DNA from: Gammaproteobacteria bacterium
Lineage (GTDB): Bacteria; Pseudomonadota; Gammaproteobacteria; Eutrophobiales; Eutrophobiaceae
Length of the DNA: 64,000 bases
Assembly: GCA_965116495.1 (NCBI GenBank)
Contig: OZ220696.1
Coordinates: 3,840,001-3,904,000, forward strand
Direction of reading: 5' to 3'
The translations under genes were made by a program, and so were the position numbers. Position 1 is the stretch's first letter, and each line of letters opens with the position of its first letter. Below, in pieces: positions 50,087 to 59,189 of this stretch. Under the pieces are notes generated by a model. It was not told the DNA's origin and did no database searches. It was given only the letters and a program-made list of their open reading frames with translations.

Positions 50087-51321
50087 GCCGGATTGCCTTC
50101 CAATTGTGAGATAACCTCCCTGATGATCCGGGCGGCGCTGGGGGATCCGGAGTCTCTCACTTGTTTCAGGGGCATATTGATGATGTTGTCCGTCCTGAAC
50201 AGACTGCCGGCGTGGTCGATGCCGGGAATTCCCACGGGGATATAAACGTCGGCGTCTGCTGCCCCGGTACGGTATGGGGATAAAATTATCGTGGGGACGT
50301 TTAACGCCGGGGGACGGTCGTCTGCTAAAGTCGAGATCCATAGCAGGCTGTCCACGGCAGATATGTCGGCAGCGGCGCCGGACGGACATCCGGAACGAAA
50401 ATTGACGCCGGTCGGGAATCCGGTCTGCCAGGTAGCCACGCCCTGGAAGGATGCAGCGCCGTTACTGCCGCTGAGTGACAATCCGGCGAAGCGCTGCCGG
50501 GTGTTCAGGTCGCGCGCCAGGTCCAGTATCGAATTGATGATCAGGTCCGCATGGTCCTGCGGTAATGCTGCCGGGCACCATACCAGCACGCCATAACGCG
50601 CGTTCCGTACCATCCCTGCAACCTGGTTCAGTTTGCGGTTTTTTGCCGCCGGTATGGCCTGGTAGTCAGACAGTTGTTCATCTGCCAGTCTGGCGCGCAG
50701 CAGCGCCAGGTTGTCGGCTATTTCATCAGCGTGGCCGGACACGACAACGGGAGCGTGGTCATTGAATTCATTCAACTCCGCAGTACCGGGCCGGCCCAGG
50801 TAGGCCAGTTTCCTGTTGTTTGATGCGGCGAACAGGGAGTAGGGGGATTTGATGAAGCGTTCGATGAACCGGGGATAATCCCCGGTAACGTTTTCACCGA
50901 TAAAGATGACGGTATCCGCCCTGTTTTTCACCTCTGCCAGGGTGGTCATAATCCCGCCCCGGGTCTGTAGCGCTTTCAGGTTATGGCCGGCATGGTGTTC
51001 GTGTGCCTGCAGGAGCGCGGCATCGACCTTTTCGGCGAGGCGCAGGGCTGCGCGTATGCCGTCCACGTCGGTGCCGAGGCCCGCTATCAGCGGTTTGCCG
51101 GACTGTCGAAGTAGCGCGGCTGCGGCTGTTACCGCCTGGTCGATGGTCGCCGGAATGCCTTTAACGCTTGCCTGCGCAGCAGGGGGGGGAGCGGCAAAGC
51201 CCTGCACGGCAAGCCGGCAGTCGTTGGCGGATACGTCAAGTTGTTGCTGATTGTTACGGACCGTCAGGTCATCGCACAAAAGACTGCAAAACGGGCAGGT
51301 TACATTCGCTGTTGACGCCAT
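50083..51321 (-). CDS. fhcB: Formyltransferase/hydrolase complex subunit B (no Mo/W Cys ligand)
   Basis: CPFCSLLCDD, TTLAEVKNRAD and WQTGFP; the FwdB VCHG ligand motif is absent. Confidence 0.88.
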   Translation of the reverse strand: MASTANVTCPFCSLLCDDLTVRNNQQQLDVSANDCRLAVQGFAAPPPAAQASVKGIPATIDQAVTAAAALLRQSGKPLIAGLGTDVDGIRAALRLAEKVDAALLQAHEHHAGHNLKALQTRGGIMTTLAEVKNRADTVIFIGENVTGDYPRFIERFIKSPYSLFAASNNRKLAYLGRPGTAELNEFNDHAPVVVSGHADEIADNLALLRARLADEQLSDYQAIPAAKNRKLNQVAGMVRNARYGVLVWCPAALPQDHADLIINSILDLARDLNTRQRFAGLSLSGSNGAASFQGVATWQTGFPTGVNFRSGCPSGAAADISAVDSLLWISTLADDRPPALNVPTIILSPYRTGAADADVYIPVGIPGIDHAGSLFRTDNIINMPLKQVRDSGSPSAARIIREVISQLEGNPA

Positions 51322-51336
51322 TCGAAGTTAATGACT

Positions 51337-52701
51337 TCAGTCCAGCAGGGCCAGCATTTCATTGACATAGGTGTATTTCTCCCGGGGTTTGCCTGCAGGT
51401 TCACCCCGTGTAATCTCGGCAGCATCGATTATTTTCCAGTCTGCGAAGCTGATATGGCGGATATTACTCCGGTCGAGGATTTCGTAACACCCCGCCGCGC
51501 CGCTCTTGTTTGCACCGGTATCCAGGCTGTCAAGGTCATCCATTAACATGCTTATTGTTTCCACGCTGTCTGCCTTGTTGGTACCGATGATGCCGGTAGG
51601 GCCGCGTTTTATCCACCCGGCCGCATACAAGCCGGGTTCCACCGCGCCGTCCTTTGTGACCCTGCCTTTGTCATTCGAAAACACCCCTCGTGATTCGTCA
51701 AACGGTACTCCCGGCATCGGAATGCCGTGGTAACCTATACTGCGAAATACGATTCCCGCGTCAATACTGAACGTCTCACCACTGCCTCTTGCCGACTGCC
51801 GGAATGCCTCCCCTGACAGGGTGTTTTTTTCAATTAGCAGTCGTTCGACCCTGCCGGCGCCGGATATTTCCCTGGGACTCTTGAGGAAAGTAAAGATACA
51901 GCGTCGCTCACCGGCCGCTTCCCGGCCGGCAAAACCGCAGAACAGGTCGTAGATTTTTTTATTGCCGGTATTTGCCAGTTCGGCTTCGCTTTCCGGGTTC
52001 AGCGCCAGTTCACCGGCGTCGATCACCGGGTCGCAGGCAGCCAGTACGCCGAACTCCTTCAATTCCTTGGAGGTGAACTTGGCCTGTGCCGGTCCGCGCC
52101 GGCCGATGACATAGATATTTGTTACTTTGCTCTCGGCCAGGGCATCCAGGGCGTGTCCGGCGATATCCGTGTGCTTCAGTTCATCAACTGTTTTGGCCAG
52201 TATCCGGCTCACGTCGGCGGCGACGTTGCCCTGGCCGATGATGACGGCGGTCTCGTGGGACAGGTCAAACTCCCTGTCGCGGTAATCGGGATGGCCGTTG
52301 TACCAGCCGACAAATTCCGTTGCCGTATAGCTGCCGGGAAGGTCTTCCCCGGGAATGCCGAGACGGCGGTCGGTCTCAGCCCCGCAGGTCAGGATCACCG
52401 CGTGGTGTGTTGCCCGCAGTTCATCTACGCTGATATCGGTGCCTACAACGACGTTCCCGATGTAATTGAACTGTTCCGCTTCGGCGATCCTGGCATAGAC
52501 CTTGATAGCCTGTTTCAGTTTCGGGTGATCCGGCGCAACGCCGCTTCTCACCAGGCCATACGGTACCGGCAAGCGTTCGAACATGTTGATCCTGACTTCG
52601 AGGTTCGCTTTGAAGAGCGCGTCAACAGCGTAGAATCCGCTGGGACCGCTACCGACTACGGCAACGATCAAGGGGTTATCCTGGGTTCCTAATCGACTCA
52701 T
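51337..52701 (-). CDS. Ferredoxin--NADP+ reductase (FprA / adrenodoxin reductase type)
   Basis: GSGPSG, PYGLVRSGVAPDH, FVGWYNGHP, IGQGNVA.D, GRRGP and GWIKRGPTG.IG.N. Confidence 0.9.
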   Translation of the reverse strand: MSRLGTQDNPLIVAVVGSGPSGFYAVDALFKANLEVRINMFERLPVPYGLVRSGVAPDHPKLKQAIKVYARIAEAEQFNYIGNVVVGTDISVDELRATHHAVILTCGAETDRRLGIPGEDLPGSYTATEFVGWYNGHPDYRDREFDLSHETAVIIGQGNVAADVSRILAKTVDELKHTDIAGHALDALAESKVTNIYVIGRRGPAQAKFTSKELKEFGVLAACDPVIDAGELALNPESEAELANTGNKKIYDLFCGFAGREAAGERRCIFTFLKSPREISGAGRVERLLIEKNTLSGEAFRQSARGSGETFSIDAGIVFRSIGYHGIPMPGVPFDESRGVFSNDKGRVTKDGAVEPGLYAAGWIKRGPTGIIGTNKADSVETISMLMDDLDSLDTGANKSGAAGCYEILDRSNIRHISFADWKIIDAAEITRGEPAGKPREKYTYVNEMLALLD

Positions 52702-52880
52702 GATTTACACAATAATATTCAGCCTGGATGTTCACATCCACTGACGTAATATCCGGGTTGGAAGAGAAACGTATCCCGAACACCCGACGCCGCGCCGAAC
52801 GGGTTTGTCCGGGGATGAACTGGGGAACCTGTTAAGCCAGGGGTTCCCTGAATTTGCAGAATACCTGCCAGCCGGAGTAC

Positions 52881-53197
52881 TAGCCCGGATTTCTCACCAG
52901 GTCGCTTGTTGCTATCTGAAACATATTTGCTATCAATAATTTATGGTAATAGTTTTACTATTCTGTCATTACAGACTGCGCTTGATGCGCCCTCGCTTGT
53001 CTTTTGTCCGCCAGCGGGCACGTGCTTCCTCAACCATAGCTACGGCTATGCTTTCGGTCGCAGGCGCCCGCTGGCGGGACAAATCTGCCAGGAGCAGATT
53101 TGGACGTCCGCAGGACGCCCGCAGGGTGTGCGCCACGGAAGGCGCACATCTAAAATCCGGCGCGATCATCGCATCACCTGGTGAGAAATCCGGGCTA
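52881..53197. mobile_element. MITE copy 4 (full length, nested GGA cassette at 53078-53150)
   Basis: TA-GCCCGGATTTCTCACCAGG ... CCTGGTGAGAAATCCGGGC-TA, perfect TIRs. Confidence 0.9.
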
Positions 53198-53500
53198 GAA
53201 ACCCAGGGCGGCTTTCCTTTCGTCCGCGCCGGGTAACGGATCCATGGTATCGGTGATGACCGGCAGCTCCTTGGATTTTTCCGCGTTGATTTCAATCCAC
53301 TCGTACTTGTCCTCGGGCAGGTCATCTTCCTCGTAGATTGCCTCGACCGGACATTCCGGCAGGCACGCACTGCAATCGATACAGACCTCCGGGTCGATAT
53401 ATAACATCTGATCGTCGTAGTGGAAGCATTCTACCGGGCATACCGCGACGCAATCGGTATAGCGACAGTCTTTACAGTTATCAGTTACGATAGTTGTCAT
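53195..53500 (-). CDS. Dicluster ferredoxin (FdxA-like 7Fe type)
   Basis: C..C.YTDCV.VCPV.CF and IDP..CIDC..C.PECP motifs. Confidence 0.92.
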   Translation of the reverse strand: MTTIVTDNCKDCRYTDCVAVCPVECFHYDDQMLYIDPEVCIDCSACLPECPVEAIYEEDDLPEDKYEWIEINAEKSKELPVITDTMDPLPGADERKAALGF

Positions 53501-53554
53501 GATATTCTCCTAAATAAGCCCATCTGCGATCAGTCTACCCCGGCAGCCGTGGTT

Positions 53555-54364
53555 TTATCCAGCATATAATAATATTTCACCCCGGTTCAATTCAACACTG
53601 TCGCCGCAGTAACGTTTGAATAAACCCTGAAGGTATTCTTCACCTATCGCAAAGACATCCATCAGGTAGATGAGGTAAAGCATCAGGTAACCCGGCCGGT
53701 AAGTGCAAGAATAGCTGAAGGTGGGCAGCAAGTGTGCGCTCTTCAGACTGGCGATGCTGCCCCGTTTCATGCCCGCCCCGGTGCGGATACCCAGTTCTCC
53801 CAGTACAATTATGCTGCCGGAGAGCATATTGACCCCGGTGAAGTCCCCGCTGTTGCCGGCAACGGCGATTAACCCGTTGCGCATTGCATTGCCGGTCTCG
53901 TTACGCACATTGCCGTGAATGATGATTTCCCCGCCTGTCATGCCCATGGTTGCACCCCGGTAGGCGCTCCCTACCATGTGGCCTGCATTGCCGCGAATTT
54001 CAATTCTGCCGCCGGACATCTCCGGCCCAACCCAGTCGGCGGCATTGCCGTTAACCCGTATTTCACCCCCGCTCATGGCGGCCCCAAGGTGTTCGCCGAC
54101 GTCACCTTCCACCTGGATGGTCCCCCGTGACATCCCGGCGCCGATGAGTTTTACCCGCCCCAGGTGGTCTCCCTGCACGTTGATGACCCCGTCGGATTGG
54201 CCTGTCACGCTGAAGAAGTCACCGATATAACGGGGTTCACTGCCATGCATGACGGTCAGTTTTTCCACGCTCGCCGGGGTCTGGCCGGTGAGGCGGGCAG
54301 GGGTAATGTTGTCCGCCTCAAGGGGAACGTCCGGTGTCGCGATTTGTTTCAGCGAAAAAGGCAT
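53555..54364 (-). CDS. fwdC: Formylmethanofuran dehydrogenase subunit C
   Basis: VPLEA..I.P, beta-helix repeats, YRG...GM.GG and G.RTGAGMKRG. Confidence 0.88.
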   Translation of the reverse strand: MPFSLKQIATPDVPLEADNITPARLTGQTPASVEKLTVMHGSEPRYIGDFFSVTGQSDGVINVQGDHLGRVKLIGAGMSRGTIQVEGDVGEHLGAAMSGGEIRVNGNAADWVGPEMSGGRIEIRGNAGHMVGSAYRGATMGMTGGEIIIHGNVRNETGNAMRNGLIAVAGNSGDFTGVNMLSGSIIVLGELGIRTGAGMKRGSIASLKSAHLLPTFSYSCTYRPGYLMLYLIYLMDVFAIGEEYLQGLFKRYCGDSVELNRGEILLYAG

Positions 54365-54378
54365 CTCAGGAACCTACC

Positions 54379-54403
54379 GGGGACAGATTTCAAACCTGTC
54401 CCC
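54379..54403. repeat. REP-like palindrome, GGGGAC family
   Basis: GGGGACAGATTTCAAACCTGTCCCC. Confidence 0.7.
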
Positions 54404-54440
54404 TGTCTGCAAAAATAGTTCATCCGGCGATACACAGCGG

Positions 54441-55331
54441 TCAGGCCACCAGTTCATGCAGGTTAATCTTGTACTGGCCGAGGTTGCCGCCGTAGTTTCC
54501 GGCAGTGATCTGCCTGATCCCCGGTTTTGCCGCAGCCCGGATGCCCGCAGCCATGGCCTCCCTCACCGCGCGCTCTGTCAGGCCGTCAATCACGATTTCC
54601 AGGGCGCAGTTGACATCTGCCGGGAGGCTGCTGTCGGTTACCGCTTTCAGCGTTGGACAGTAGGCATCATTGGTGGACGCGGGCAGGGTTTTGTAACGTG
54701 AACCCACTTTGCTGCCGCTGCGCACGACACCATCGGGAAAGGGCAGGATAATATCCTTTACCGCAGCCATGGCCCGGGTGGCCGCGCCGGCTGCAGCCAG
54801 GGCTTTTTTCTCATCGGTCCCCAGTATGATGATATTCCCTCCGCCTACGGATTTCTGTACGGCAAACGATTCTTCCACGGTAAATTCACCATCCATGACC
54901 GGGATACGCCAGAACCGCCGCTGCGCCAGTTTCTTGCTGCCCTGGAAGCCATCGCCGAAATAACGCAGTTGCGAACCGACCTGGACAACCTCTTCACCAT
55001 CCAGGCCGTTGAAACAAGCCGTAGTCGGGCAGGTCATCACACACTGGCCGATGCGTTCAAGCAGGCGCTTGCCTACCGACGCCTTGTCCATGGCGAATAA
55101 CAGGATGCTGACGCCCGGCCGGCGGTCCGGGGTCTGATCGGGTGGCAGGATGCTCTCTATACCGGCCTCACATTTACAGCCGATCACCGAGGTGGCAAAC
55201 CCGGTCATCGATTGTGCCGCGGCCAGGCTCCAGCGTTTGGTCGCCGCGGTAACAATCACCCGCGCTCCCCACATGCTGAAGGCTTCGGCAAAGGTTCCGA
55301 CAATTTCCGTTGACCTGAGCTTCATCATCAC
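54441..55331 (-). CDS. ftr: Formylmethanofuran:H4MPT formyltransferase (second paralog)
   Basis: TFAEAF, FATSVIGCKCEAGIE, RIGQCVMTCPTTA and ITAGNYGG.LG. Confidence 0.92.
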   Translation of the reverse strand: MMMKLRSTEIVGTFAEAFSMWGARVIVTAATKRWSLAAAQSMTGFATSVIGCKCEAGIESILPPDQTPDRRPGVSILLFAMDKASVGKRLLERIGQCVMTCPTTACFNGLDGEEVVQVGSQLRYFGDGFQGSKKLAQRRFWRIPVMDGEFTVEESFAVQKSVGGGNIIILGTDEKKALAAAGAATRAMAAVKDIILPFPDGVVRSGSKVGSRYKTLPASTNDAYCPTLKAVTDSSLPADVNCALEIVIDGLTERAVREAMAAGIRAAAKPGIRQITAGNYGGNLGQYKINLHELVA

Positions 55332-56965
55332 ACCGTTGCGATCACTTCATGGTCATGCAGGTAACTGTCATTGACCGCATAATTCGCAAATTCGATGGAA
55401 TAATAGCTCTCAAAAAACGGCCTGACCTCGGCGACGATGGATTCGTCGTATGCGGGTTCCGTATGCAGGAATTTCCCGTAGAAATCCCGGCAGAACTCGT
55501 GGTTGTCGATAATGACGTTACCTGATTTAATCACGTAACGGGGCGCGTTGAACATGGCCTCCTTGTCGTCCATCTCATCGTAGATGGTGATATCCGCGTC
55601 CGCGCCCGCGCCCAGGTGCCCCTTGTTTTTCAGGTTCAGTGCCCGGGCCGGGCCGGCGCGGGTGATGATTGCTATCTCATTGAGTGTATATTCGCGGTCC
55701 AGTTCATTCAGTATCGTACCGTTGATGGCCTTCTGGTTGACGCGCTTGATTTCCTCCTTGCGGAATTCCTTGTCCATCAGCAGGCGGATCAGCTTGGGGT
55801 AGCTCATAAAGGAGCCGCCATTCGGATGGTCGGTGGACAGGACGATACGCCAGGGGTCCCTGGACAGCAGGAACAGTTCCAGGCCGATAGCCCATTGCAG
55901 GGCATGGACATAGACATGCTCCTGGTAGCTGAACGGAACGATACCGCAACCGCTCTCGCATTCCGTATCGGCGTTGACCCATTTCGCTTTTTTAAAACCC
56001 CTGAGCATGTAGGCCAGCGGTGCGTCCGCGGTCATGATCGTGGATTTGCCGAACATGACCTGGCCGACGTCGCAGGTGATATTGGGGTGGTCGTTAACGT
56101 ACTCGGCGATCTGCCGGGACGCGGATTTGGGGTTCTTGCCGAGCTCTCCCGCGTAGCTGTGGAATTGGATGTGGGCCAGGTGCGCGCGTCTGTCGCCCGC
56201 CGTTTTCATGGTCTCCAGGGTGGTCTCGAAGTTGCCGCTATGGCCCAGGTTGTTGCAGTGAATATGGGGCGGATGCGGTAGACCCAGTTCATTGACCGTT
56301 TCAATAAAAGAATCGATTACCTGCCGGGGTGAGACCTCTATAAACTCACTTTTTTCATCAATATCCTTGACGTTTGAATTCTTTTTGCCCTTCCAGGGTT
56401 CATCTCCGCCCGGGTTCACCAGCTTGGTCGTGTAGGCCTTGGTCGCGTTAATCCACCAGGCTACCGCATGGCGAAACTCTTCCTTGCGGCCGGCCTTGAT
56501 CAACTGCTGTAAGAAAATATTATTACCCAGGAGTACGTAAAATCCTTTATCAATAACCGGCGTATCGTGAAACTCTTCAATGGTATGCCGGGCGCCGATA
56601 GGTGTGACGGCCGCTTCCATGGCGGTGGTGTAGCCCAGGGTGGCATAACGGTACCCTGTTGCAAAGGTGGAAGGAACGGTACCGCCGGCGCCGGACCGGG
56701 TGTGTTCCGTGGCAGGGTGGGGATCGCGGCGATGGTCTTCAGGCTGCAGTTTCCTGGCCAGGTTTACCTTGGGGCCGGCTATATGGCAGTGGATATCCAC
56801 GCCGCCGGGCATCACTACCATGCCGCTGACGTCTATCCTTCGGGGCGTGGAGGAAGGCGTCTCGACCATGCGCCCCTGTTCCAGGTAAAGGTCTTTTATT
56901 GCCCCGTCGATGCCGTTGGCCGGGTCATGAACCTTGCCCCCTGCAAGTTGAATGCATTCCGTCAT
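55328..56965 (-). CDS. fwdA: Formylmethanofuran dehydrogenase subunit A
   Basis: GVDIHCHIAG.KVN, KLVNPGG, HIHCNNLG and STDHPNG. Confidence 0.9.
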   Translation of the reverse strand: MTECIQLAGGKVHDPANGIDGAIKDLYLEQGRMVETPSSTPRRIDVSGMVVMPGGVDIHCHIAGPKVNLARKLQPEDHRRDPHPATEHTRSGAGGTVPSTFATGYRYATLGYTTAMEAAVTPIGARHTIEEFHDTPVIDKGFYVLLGNNIFLQQLIKAGRKEEFRHAVAWWINATKAYTTKLVNPGGDEPWKGKKNSNVKDIDEKSEFIEVSPRQVIDSFIETVNELGLPHPPHIHCNNLGHSGNFETTLETMKTAGDRRAHLAHIQFHSYAGELGKNPKSASRQIAEYVNDHPNITCDVGQVMFGKSTIMTADAPLAYMLRGFKKAKWVNADTECESGCGIVPFSYQEHVYVHALQWAIGLELFLLSRDPWRIVLSTDHPNGGSFMSYPKLIRLLMDKEFRKEEIKRVNQKAINGTILNELDREYTLNEIAIITRAGPARALNLKNKGHLGAGADADITIYDEMDDKEAMFNAPRYVIKSGNVIIDNHEFCRDFYGKFLHTEPAYDESIVAEVRPFFESYYSIEFANYAVNDSYLHDHEVIATV

Positions 56966-56971
56966 ATTGGC

Positions 56972-58336
56972 TTACTGCATGGGTGCTGCGGCTTTGCTCT
57001 CTCCGCTTGCTCCTCTGGCCTGGCCTTTCGCCAGAACCAGTTCGCGCACACGCTTTTTGACTGCGGTAAGAATTTCCTCATCGTTCGGAAAAGGTGAATC
57101 AAAGGCCTTGCGCAAGGTGATAGGCACGTCGTCCATGCGGTATACGGTACCGGCCGTATTGATGCCGTAGGTAGAGGTCCGAAAAGCAACGTGCGCCAGC
57201 TTGCTGGTGAGAGTCGCCTTGGTATCCAGGCATATCACCGGAATTCTGGACAGGTGGTCAATAGCCGCCTGGGGAAAATTGGACGCAGGGTCGGTGGCAA
57301 CAATCAAAGCGGCGTCGACATCTTGCTTGGCCAGTAAATCGACGGTGGTGAACTCGCCCGGGTTGAAACGGGGGAACCCCCGGCTGAAATTAACACCGAA
57401 GGGATAGCCGGTCTGCCAGGACATGACGTTATCTGCGCCGGTTACGTTGCCATGGCCGCGCACAGGCTTGGCAACGAAATGGGTATATTCATTCAGGTCC
57501 GTAGCCAGGGCCAGCAGCGCGCCTGAATTAAAGTGCCGGCCGCGGGTCATGGTCAGGCCCATGCCGAAAAACAACACGCCGTAGCGGCAGTTTTTCATCC
57601 TGTCGACCAGTTCCTGCAGGGTTTCCAGGCTGATTCCGGTAATCTCCTCGATTTCCGGGTCGATTTTGCGGTTTTTCACCAATGCCCTCAGGGCCCATAA
57701 CAACTCGAAGTCTTTTCCGGGTTTTACCTGGATGAACTGGTGAGCTGCCGGCGCGCTGGGTGTCCTGCGTACGTCGACCATGACCACGTGACGGTCCTTT
57801 TTGCCGCGCGGCGTAAACATCCCTTTGGCGGTGACGGCATAACGGCCGAAATGGCGCGGGTGGGACTCCGCAGGATTGCCGCCCCAGTAAATGACCAGGT
57901 CGGCGCGGTTTTTTACCTCGCCCAGGGTCATGGTGCTTTCACCGACGCCCTGCAAGGCAATGCCGGAAGGCCCGTGGCAGACTGAAGTTGTGGTGTCGAT
58001 GTTGCCCTTGATGGTATCGGTAATGGCCACGGCTTGTTTCTGCGCCTCACAGGTCGTATCGCTGAGACCGTAAGTGATGGGGAACCTGGCGTTAACCAGG
58101 GTCCTGGCGGCTTCTTCCACTGCCTCGTCAATGGAGACGGGCCGATTATCTATCATGGCGGCAGGAGCGTCTTCCTCGATATAGTGCTCCGCAAACCAGG
58201 CTTTGCCGAGTATGCAGGCGTTCTTTGACTTGGTAATCCGTTTTTCGTCCAGGTCCACCGTCAGGATCATGTCATCACAGACACAACCACAGAAGGTACA
58301 GGTGGCATTTTCTACAACTTTGACGTTTTCACTCAT
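56972..58336 (-). CDS. fwdB: Formylmethanofuran dehydrogenase subunit B (Mo/W-bisPGD type)
   Basis: CTFCGCVCDD...C 4Fe-4S motif, SVCHGPS metal-ligand Cys, WGGNP.E.HPRH and RGH.NV.G. Confidence 0.9.
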   Translation of the reverse strand: MSENVKVVENATCTFCGCVCDDMILTVDLDEKRITKSKNACILGKAWFAEHYIEEDAPAAMIDNRPVSIDEAVEEAARTLVNARFPITYGLSDTTCEAQKQAVAITDTIKGNIDTTTSVCHGPSGIALQGVGESTMTLGEVKNRADLVIYWGGNPAESHPRHFGRYAVTAKGMFTPRGKKDRHVVMVDVRRTPSAPAAHQFIQVKPGKDFELLWALRALVKNRKIDPEIEEITGISLETLQELVDRMKNCRYGVLFFGMGLTMTRGRHFNSGALLALATDLNEYTHFVAKPVRGHGNVTGADNVMSWQTGYPFGVNFSRGFPRFNPGEFTTVDLLAKQDVDAALIVATDPASNFPQAAIDHLSRIPVICLDTKATLTSKLAHVAFRTSTYGINTAGTVYRMDDVPITLRKAFDSPFPNDEEILTAVKKRVRELVLAKGQARGASGESKAAAPMQ

Positions 58337-58368
58337 GATTTCTCCCCACGGAATCGCGGCAAGCCATT

Positions 58369-58713
58369 TTAACTGATTTTTTCCACCTGGACAGAAATAT
58401 GTTTTGACAGGGGCATTCCGCTGCCGGCTGTGTCGCTTTCCATCAGGCGGCTCGACACAGGCCCGTAAGCTATGAACATCATGCCTTCCGGCAGGTCGGT
58501 GGCTTTTTTGGAAACGCAGGTAACAACGACCTCCCCGATATGATTTTTCAAGCACAGCTTATCACCGTTGTCGAAACCGAGCCGGGCCATATCATCCGCA
58601 TTTATTTCGACGGTGGATGTGACGTCCCGGTACTCATCGCCGAGCTTCCCCTTGTTAAGGGAAGTCCCCTGTTTACTGGATCGTCCCGGGATTAACAACA
58701 TGGTTACAGGCAT
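58369..58713 (-). CDS. fwdD: Formylmethanofuran dehydrogenase subunit D (molybdopterin dinucleotide-binding)
   Basis: GRS.KQG....GK, D...LG...GD, G..FI.YGP and T.G.GMP..K. Confidence 0.88.
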   Translation of the reverse strand: MPVTMLLIPGRSSKQGTSLNKGKLGDEYRDVTSTVEINADDMARLGFDNGDKLCLKNHIGEVVVTCVSKKATDLPEGMMFIAYGPVSSRLMESDTAGSGMPLSKHISVQVEKIS

Positions 58714-58849
58714 ATATCAGCTCCGTTAAAGTACTGTCTGGATAGGTGAAATGTATCGGGAAATATGCCGGCGCCATAATCCACAGCTTCCAGATAATTA
58801 ATACCATTTTCATAGGGAATCGTCAAATCATCCTGGGGAAGCTGCCACT

Positions 58850-59096
58850 TAACCCGCATATCTCACCAATGGATGCGATGATCGCTGAGGATTTTTGCTG
58901 CCAGCGGGCGCCTGTGACCGAAAGCATAGCGGTAGCTATGGTTGAGTGAACACGTGCTCGCTGGCAGCAAAAAGACCAGCGAGGGCGCATCCAGCGCAGG
59001 GTGTGATGGCGACAAGGCCAGAATTGGATATGTAACCATTTGACGATACATAAGTTTCAGTCTTCCTCCAAGCGAATTGGTGAGATATGTGGGTCA
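58850..59096. mobile_element. MITE copy 5 (inverted, without the nested cassette)
   Basis: TA-ACCCGCATATCTCACCAAT ... ATTGGTGAGATATGTGGGT; its reverse complement aligns with copies 3-4 (CTGCGC.GATGCGCCCTCGC, CATAGCTAC.GCTATG). Confidence 0.85.
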
Positions 59097-59189
59097 AGTC
59101 AGAGTTTTCTTAGAATTCATGGATGTCCCAAATTAGAATACTTGGAATTTATGGATATCCCGAATTAGAATATCCCCGTGGTTTTGAAG

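Noticed and set aside
48410-50389. 659-aa FhcA with a long N-terminal extension
   Set aside because: The extension overlaps fhcB; family similarity begins at MIKLEGG (50086), which overlaps the fhcB stop.
52906-53370. ORFs over MITE copy 4 (and 58746-59051) as transposase remnants
   Set aside because: No DDE or HUH motifs; frames are not preserved between copies.
56972-58555. Selenocysteine or an extended N-terminus in FwdB
   Set aside because: The ligand codon is TGC with no in-frame TGA; the upstream extension overlaps fwdD, so the start was set at 58336.
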